This document shows, one piece after another, positions 50,101 through 57,597 of a stretch of 57,597 nucleotides of DNA. The notes under the pieces were generated by a model. It was not told where the DNA came from, made no database searches, and saw only the letters and a program-made list of their open reading frames with translations. Source of the stretch: Mesotaenium endlicherianum. Taxonomy: Eukaryota. The position numbers were made by a program, and so were the translations under genes. The stretch is taken from assembly GCA_009602735.1 (NCBI GenBank), contig WELA01002665.1, forward strand, positions 1 through 57,597, in the 5' to 3' direction. Every line of letters starts with the position of its first letter. Position 1 is the stretch's first letter.

Positions 50101-52546
50101 GGCGCTCCAATTGTTATTGCACTACTTGCTGCATAGTCATACCCACACCAAAGAGAAGACAACCACATGGTTAATAACGTAAAATATCAGCAGGTGAGGG
50201 AAACTAGTTAACAAAAAGTGGTAGCATCCAATGAATGATAATGAATAAAACTCACCCTCCATGGCACTGTCTTGGACTTTTGCCAGACAGAAGTTCCTGA
50301 CACCTTTGCTCCTTATATCCCCGGGCCTGCTCACAGATCCACCACACACCCCACTCACTGAATTGTACTGACCATGGCCTGAAGGGTGCATTCTGCCAGC
50401 ACCTGCAGCCTAAACTTCCATTTAAGAAATGTTGGTGGAAAACGAGACATCCTTGGTGGGTCAGCCTTTCTGACAATATTGAAAAGGAATTGTAAGATTC
50501 TTCATCTGCTATGTCCTGTCAACCCCGCCCTCCTGCTGTTGAAACTCGACGAGAGACAAGAGCACAAGTTGTCAGCACACAGTGCTTAGAAACCTTAGTG
50601 AGGACCCTAGAAATTGCTGGACAATAGCAGATCAGGTTGTTGACAAATATGCCAAGCAAGCACGTGAACTAACGGCGTTGCCCAACAGAACCTGGATGTA
50701 AGATATAGCATGCACAAAATTGTAAATCAGACCTTTGTGCATCAGATCAAGAAGTAGCCAGAAATATGCAGCAGCCCAAGGCTGAGACTGACAATACAAT
50801 TCACCATCCATTGGCCAGGTGATGCACGAGGACCCTCCCAAGCAAGTGCATCCCCATTCATCCCACCCACCACTTACAGGCATAAGCAGATTGCTTACCT
50901 GGCAGTTTCTGTTACCCCCTTGCGCCTATTATGGGATCTCGGGGAAACCACGAGCCTGCGACAAATTGATCACTGACAATGGAAATCAAGATATTTGACA
51001 ACTTCAACAGCTACCAAGACAAAATTACAAGACATGCTGGATCACTGACAATGGAAGATCTGGCTGCTGAAGTGCACGGCTATTATGTACTAAAGTATAG
51101 ATGCCGCAACAAGTTCCAATTAGAAGAATTATGAATAGTGAAACAACAAGATGAAACAGAACCATCTGCATTAGCCCAAGAGCTTGCCTGACGGTCTTCT
51201 TTATCTTCTGCTGCAAGGGCCTTTTCTACTGCAAGTTTGAGTAGATCCCGACGACAAAAAGATGTGCTCATAATCCTTTTACTCTTATGCTGAAAGGGTC
51301 CTGCAGATTTCCGCTTTCACCACAGTTTCTTAACTGTACATGCAAGAAAGTTGCAGGCAAACACGATAACTTTTTTAACTTTTTTTTTTGTGAAGATTTC
51401 AGGGGAGTCAAATAGGCAACAAGTTCAATGTCAATAAGGCACAAGGATGGCAGAAGGCACAACGACTGAAGAATGACATGCAGTTCAGAAATAGAATGCA
51501 GATCTTGCTCGAGTTAGCCACTCTCCTGCATGCTCCTACACCAATCACATTCTGAGTAGGTACAAGTACCAACCACATTGTTTGCCGCAGCAGCGGAAGA
51601 CCCATCATCTTGACTACGCCTCTGGAGTACTGAGAGCTACGATTGCAAGAAGTGTAACCATAGATAGTTAGCAAAATAAGAAGCGTTGCCCAACATGCAG
51701 GATACTGCAGCCTCACTTCTGACAGGGGTCTTTCTTTAGAAGATATAATTCTCAATGCAGTAGATACTCCAATCAATGTCCAGGACACACACTTGGACCA
51801 TAGCTTGTAGACTGATATGCGAGTTGCTTTGGTCCAGGCTTGGCTGCAACACGACGGAGGGAGGCAAAAGCGGTTGAAGCAAAAGATGCAGGAAACAAAA
51901 TGGCTGAAGCTTGAAGTGAAGTGGGAAAGTGAAAGTTGAAGATGCAAAACTTGACCTACTAGGTGGTCTCCGTCGTAGTTTTGGCGCTAGGATTGAGGGC
52001 GTTTATGAGTCGTCCACGTTCTTTGTGCTGAGGAACATTGACGGCCACATAGAGAAGAAATTTACATCATCGTAAGATCACATGAATAATCGAATCTCAG
52101 GCCTTCATCGCACTGTGCTCGAGCGACTGCAGGGTGACGCATGCCACGACCCCATGCTAGGCAACTTTTTCTTTTGAGATGCATTTTTTGTTTGGGCATT
52201 GGTCTTCGCAATTATTATTTCTCGCACCTACGTGTCATCGACAGCAATATTCCGTCATTTTTCAAGTCACACTTTCCAGCCTCTCCATTGTCTAACTACA
52301 TTTCCTCTTACTTTGACATTTTTAGTCGGCCTGGAACACTAGTTTTTAGGTGACGCACTCAAGGTGTAGCCCGTCTCAGAATTATATGAAATGAGTCACA
52401 TAACGCGACACATATTAAGTATGTAGAATAATGTCAGACCTATACGTTGCGCTGCTTGGTTGCATTACAGAATTGTATAACTAGAATTGTCATTTGAATG
52501 TGAAGAGATCACATGATAACACCCACCTTTGGCACTTCGGACATAG

Positions 52547-52602
52547 CCCTAAACCCTAAAACCTAAGCTCTAAACCCTAGGTTTATTTTTTGTCTAGGGT
52601 TT
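52547..52602. repeat. Degenerate plant-type telomere / telo-box motifs (CCCTAAA)
   Basis: CCCTAAACCCTAAAACCTAAGCTCTAAACCCTAGG...CTAGGGTTTA. Confidence 0.6.
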
Positions 52603-53699
52603 ATAGCCTGGTTTCCTCGCAAGAAGATGCACGGAGCTGTCGTGCTTGAATTGTGGACACCAGATGCTACTTGTTGCACACGGTTTTACGATGACGTATA
52701 AGAATTTTTATCGGTTGCTTTCCTTGCACACCATCCGCATTGAGGCATCACATGCTTGAAATTAATTTGGAGTAGTGAATAAGTATGCAAGCAACCTCAT
52801 TGTTTTTCACCACGCACAACGTAGTATATTGGAAGCTGTGTGTGTTACTCACTTAAGAGGTCCCCTTCTTTCATTATCCAAAGCCACCACAATGCAACGT
52901 CTTAGCTTCCTAATTTTTTACACCCACAGCAACGTGATGCAATGTTCTTAGTAGCACTGATGCAGATGATGCAAAATTACTACGTTGTGTGATATGCACA
53001 CGACTATGGCGTCAAAAGTATTCACGTCGTACTCCACGTTCAAGTAGCGGCTCGGTTGTAGCGGCTGACTGCCCCCATCACGTAAGCGGCCTACTCCTTG
53101 AAGAACCGATTTGCAGCGCCTCCGTCTGCTCGCCAAGAGAAATGTGCCACCTGTCAGTGGTTGAACCTACCCCATTTCTCTTTGCCTCCACTCCCGTCGG
53201 CACCCCCCTCCACCCCCATTCCTGTCCATCCCTCCCTCCCCCATCCTCTCCCTCCCACCCTTCCGCTCTTCCCCTCTCTGGCTCAACGGCTCTTTGCCAG
53301 GAGCTCACATGGGTGAAATCAAAACGTGTGCAGAATAAAACAACAACGACACAAAAGTAACCGGAGATTGCCGAGCGGGGTCATTCATTGACGCCACCAC
53401 CCCCCCATCCTCTCCCCCCCACCCCCTCATCATTTCTGGCTCATCTAGTGAGCACGTCAACGTGTGGCGTGCAAGGAGTGACATGCGCCACTCGAACGTG
53501 GCAGTGCCGTCTGCAGCAAACTGTCTAGTGGGCCCAAGGTTGCACTCTACCCTACCCTTCACGGCACCCCTACCAAAGCCCCTCACACCAGCCCAAAACC
53601 AAAACCTGACGCCTTATATCCCTAGACGCACACGCACACACTCCAGCAGCCTGTGTGGAAAGACACTCACGCAGTCCACACGCTAGCACACCAACGTAA

Positions 53700-54530
53700 C
53701 AAGCTTTGAAATTATGTTGGTGACGAGTAGTACCTGGAGGTGGCTGCAGGAGTCTCTCCATTGCAGGAGCTCCCGATGCGTTGACGTTGACCAGGAACTT
53801 GTTGTCGTCCTGGTGGACCATGAGCTTCTTCAGCAGCCGTCTTGTCAAGTGCCGCCTGCCCATGCACTCTTCAGCCCTCTTCCTTCCGTGCTCCATACAG
53901 CAGTCCTGTAGCATGCACCTGGCCTCTTCGTCGTCCCATTCATTGTCATCTCCACGAGGCCAGCAGTAGTGAGAATGTGCAGCCCCTGACTAAATTTGCA
54001 CAACGGCACAAGGACCGGCCTCTGTTGGCTTCTCAGCTCCAGAATGGGGTAGCCGGTCCAGTGTATGTCGCAAAGGAATGGCCCGTCCCTGTCTGTGCCC
54101 ACGCTCAAGTCGTAGTAGCGCACCTGAGCCCACGCGTACTCTCCTCCGTCATTTCCCCTGTGGACAAAGAGATTGGTCACCCTGGCTGCCCATAGTGGGC
54201 CGTCAGCCGCCAAACGGCCATTGCGAGCAGGCAGCGCCAGTATGCCAACGTCATGGCTACGTTGAAGACTTCATGCGGGCCCCTGCCTACTCTCCTGCAC
54301 ACGTGGATTTTGAACGAGTCCAGGCGAGTCCACTGCATGTTGAGCGTGGTGGGGTCTTTGTATCCTCTAAGGAGGTCGGCGGCGGTCAGTCCTTTGTGAG
54401 GGAGGAAGGTCTTGTTGCGTGCCTCCCCTCCACTGTCCACCCACCTACGTCCATGAAACAAGCAAGGAATTGTTTAAACCTCAACGGATTGCAGTTTGGG
54501 ATGGATGCGTGCAATATTAGGGACGTACAG
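53700..54530 (-). pseudogene. Probable C-terminal exon of the transposase, BAH-like beta domain
   Basis: WAARVTNLFVHRGNDGGEYAWAQVRYY; follows the GTGAGT donor at ~55145; frameshifted. Confidence 0.5.
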
Positions 54531-54799
54531 CCTGCCCAAGCAGATCTTGCTGCTAACAGGTAGCCAGCGATGCTTCTCAAATGCTCCCTTCTCAACGAAG
54601 CTTGTCGTTGACAGACTAACAGCAGGCAAGCAGCGCGGCGCGGACGCCGCTGCCCCGACAAAAATGAACATCAAACAGCAGAGCTACACGGCCAGCTAAA
54701 TTGAACCGTCTTGACCGACAAGAAAGAAGCAGGGAGGTACACCAGCACAAGACTCGTCGGCAATCGCCTACAGCGTCTAACGATCAATTCAACTCAAAG

Positions 54800-54868
54800 T
54801 TAGGGTTCGGGTTACGCTTAGGGTTCTAGTCCAGGGTTTGAATGAGGCTTAGGGTAGCATTAGGGTTT
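54800..54868. repeat. Degenerate TTAGGG-type motifs
   Basis: TTAGGGT occurs four times, with variants in between. Confidence 0.55.
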
Positions 54869-55145
54869 CAGATCGGGGCCAAAGGATGGGGGGCTGGCGG
54901 CGTGAAGCGATTGCTACCTTACATCCCATCCCAAGTTTGTTCTAGCACCCAGTACCAGGTTAGGCTTTATAGCATGAGGAATCCCGCTGCCGGCTGTGCA
55001 TACTGACAGCATACTGGCCATGCAGACGATACCGCCTCGACAAACCTTACACTCAACAAACACGCAGCTGCGCTGCGCAGACGCTGCTGCCTCAAATTGA
55101 GATTGACTGATAGCAAAGCAGGGACTTAGGCACATTACTACTCAC

Positions 55146-57548
55146 TTGGAAGGGATCCCGCCGTAGCAGGTGCGGTTGACGTCGGTTCGTTTGTTGCGAG
55201 GCTGGTACCTGTTGAGCACGGTGCCTTCGCCGGTCAGCTGTTGAACTTTGTACGACATGCCACCCTCTTGACTGTCCTCGAGCATGTCCATCACCGCATC
55301 GCATCGAAGAGCGAGCACCGCACCCCTCGACATCTGCAGGTCGTTGATCACACTCCCGTCCATGTCTTGGACACACGCCCGCAGGGTTGCCACAGCCTCC
55401 CCGTGGATCAACGCCCACTTTTCAATGTCCGCTGACACCCTGCCGCTAGTCCTCGCTATATGCTGCTTGACCTACTTGTGCTTCGCCTCGTACTCCTGGG
55501 CCCAGAATTGTAAGAGGGGTCCTAAGCTCTCCAGGTACTCCGATAAGTGCATTAGAAGATGCATGTTATGATTTCCCGCGTTCAGCGCATTCCCAACTCT
55601 GGGCCAAGCATCCCTAAACAGAGCATGGAACTTGCGCGCGAGTTCTAGCAACTTCTCAAAATGTTGCCTGCCTGTTTGGTGTTCAAAAGCATAGTTGACG
55701 AGTCGCAGCAGCGACTTCCACAGGTCGTACAGAGCACGTCGTTGCTCACGTTTTCGAGGCTGGACATTGCGGGGGTCGCAGAGGGCTGCATTATCAGCGG
55801 CATGTACTTCACCATATGCAGAAGCTTCATACCTGTCATAGAATGTGGGTGAGTGCCAGGCCTCCAAACCTTGGCCACACCAGGAGGGTATTTCAGCGAC
55901 GCAGCATGCCAATCCAGGTCATGCCGATCGCGTCGCCCACTCTTAGAAAGTAGCATGTTAGAGTACTTGAGCAAAAGTTTTGGCAAGCCAATCGCCAGGG
56001 CATGGAAGGGATCAGGGGGGTTATCCCTGTACCTATTGTACCCTGGCAGCTTCGTCAACGGGCTTGCAACGGCAGTGTATCCTGTGTCTCTCACCCTCTG
56101 CCTCACCTCCGCTTCACTCAGCCCAGCACATTCAGCGACAAAATCCCTTGCATCCTGCTCCGTCCTCGCCCCGCAACAATATCCCAGACGCCTAGCTCGT
56201 GATCCTCTCCCCTACATAAGACGTTGCAATTTGGGCAAGGCCTATGTGCCCCTATACCTACAACCTTCATGGTCTTCAACCTCTGCATCATATCCTGGAT
56301 GAAAATGGGCTTCGCGCGCACCAACACAAACCTGTCCAACGGGGCAAAGTACATGCGCACGCCACGCGCTAAGGGGATGAGGTCCAGGTGGACCATAAGC
56401 TCAACAACCTGGTCCTGGGGAGCCCCCTTGGGGGATGAAAATGACCTGGTGGATGGACGAGGCTCGTTGCGCGACGCTCAACTCCAATGACCCCAGCCTC
56501 CAATACACGCCTCCGAGCGCCTGGTGACCTGTTCTGCGGGCACGAAAGTCGTCAATGAAGATGGAGACGACAAGGTTGACGACGGTGAGACCTTTGGGGT
56601 TGTCAATCCTTGGAAGCAAAGGCACACCCAATTCCAACCTGGAAACCGGCTTGACAGCGACGTCGACGGCCACAAACTCCTCGTCTAGCATTCGACTACG
56701 GCAGAAGAATGTGGGCTGCCCGTTGTGTACCTGCCCCGCCCCGTCTGCAAGCTGTACAAAGTCCCTCAGACCTGCTATCTGCCACTCCTCCCACGAGATA
56801 ACTACACAGTGCAAAGCAAAGTTGCGCACTGACAGATCCAACCTGCGAAGACAGAGCAGTTCCCCGTCCGAGGATGCACACGCGCCTACGTCGTGCCTGT
56901 GCACGGCCTCGACAATCATGAACATGTCGCACTCTAGTTGGGCGTGCGGCGGTCCCTCCCTGGTGACGTCGCTCCACAACACACGTCGCGGCCTAGCAAT
57001 GAACTGGTAATCGGTATCGTGCCCCTCACGGTAGTAATTAGCAAGTCTGAAGCAGCCCCCCACAGGTAACAAGGACTCTACGCCCCCTACGTCGTGCACC
57101 TGCACCCCCCCCTCCATGAAGAACGGATCATCGGTGACAAAGGGGGCGTTGTGCACGCCCGTGACCACACCCTTGACAGGATACTCGGCCCTGTAGTGAA
57201 TACTCCGTCCCAACTCCCGGTTCCCCAACACCCGCTTGAGGTGTACGTGAATGGGCTGGTATGAGACTTCTTTGCCGGTGCGCAAGACGTACCTCTGCAC
57301 GGCCAGTTTCCCATAAAGTGCTCGAGGGCCATCTTGCGCTCGAACGAGTAGTCGCTAAGCCACTCAGCCAAGGAAAAGTAGGGATGCCGGCAAATCCGGA
57401 TCTCGGCATTTGTGCCAGCCTGTGTCCTAGGATCCATCAGGGTGTGGACACAAAATTTTGTTGCAAAGCTGAAGTTGCGCAGCTTCCCATACACAGCCCC
57501 CTCCATATCATAGGACTCCTCTACGCGCGGGCCGTCGTCCGCGTCCAA
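55146..57548 (-). pseudogene. CMC-superfamily (EnSpm/Plavaka-like) DDE transposase with BAH-like insertion
   Basis: IFIDDF..HQALGGVYWRLGSL (D1), IQDMMQ (D2), CPNC (CxxC), DPFH, NMHLLMH (Hx3H), YEAKH (E); at least four frameshifts or stops. Confidence 0.82.
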
Positions 57549-57597
57549 TGTGCTGCCTTCGGGCTCGTTGAATGGAGAACCCCCCCCCCCCCCGCCT

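Overview
Eukaryotic, transposon-dense window. The RLK/Pelle kinase exon, plant-type TTTAGGG motifs and GC-rich GT-AG introns suggest a streptophyte alga or plant (inference). (1) 1644-10039 is a Ty3/gypsy chromovirus with gag, a -1 frameshifted pol ending in a chromodomain, and an unexpected ~570-codon third ORF before the 3' LTR. A deleted copy of the same family sits inverted in its 5' LTR (1-1643). (2) 14467-26063 is an 11.6-kb CACT-terminated DNA transposon with 14-bp TIRs and a 2-bp TA target duplication. It carries a truncated CMC/EnSpm-type transposase, captured acetyl-CoA synthetase exons, a stand-alone HIRAN-domain gene and an unknown multi-exon gene, and it interrupts a Pro-rich reading frame. 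(3) 28934-37426 is a nest of three LTR elements, including a solo LTR with a tRNA-like A/B-box segment. (4) 39762-45915 is a structurally complete chromovirus (TSD TTCAT) inside an intron of a beta-helix-like host gene. (5) ~47400-57550 holds a decayed CMC-type transposase with BAH-like insertions and a downstream accessory gene. Almost all coding regions are pseudogenised. All family assignments come from motif recognition by eye, not database searches.
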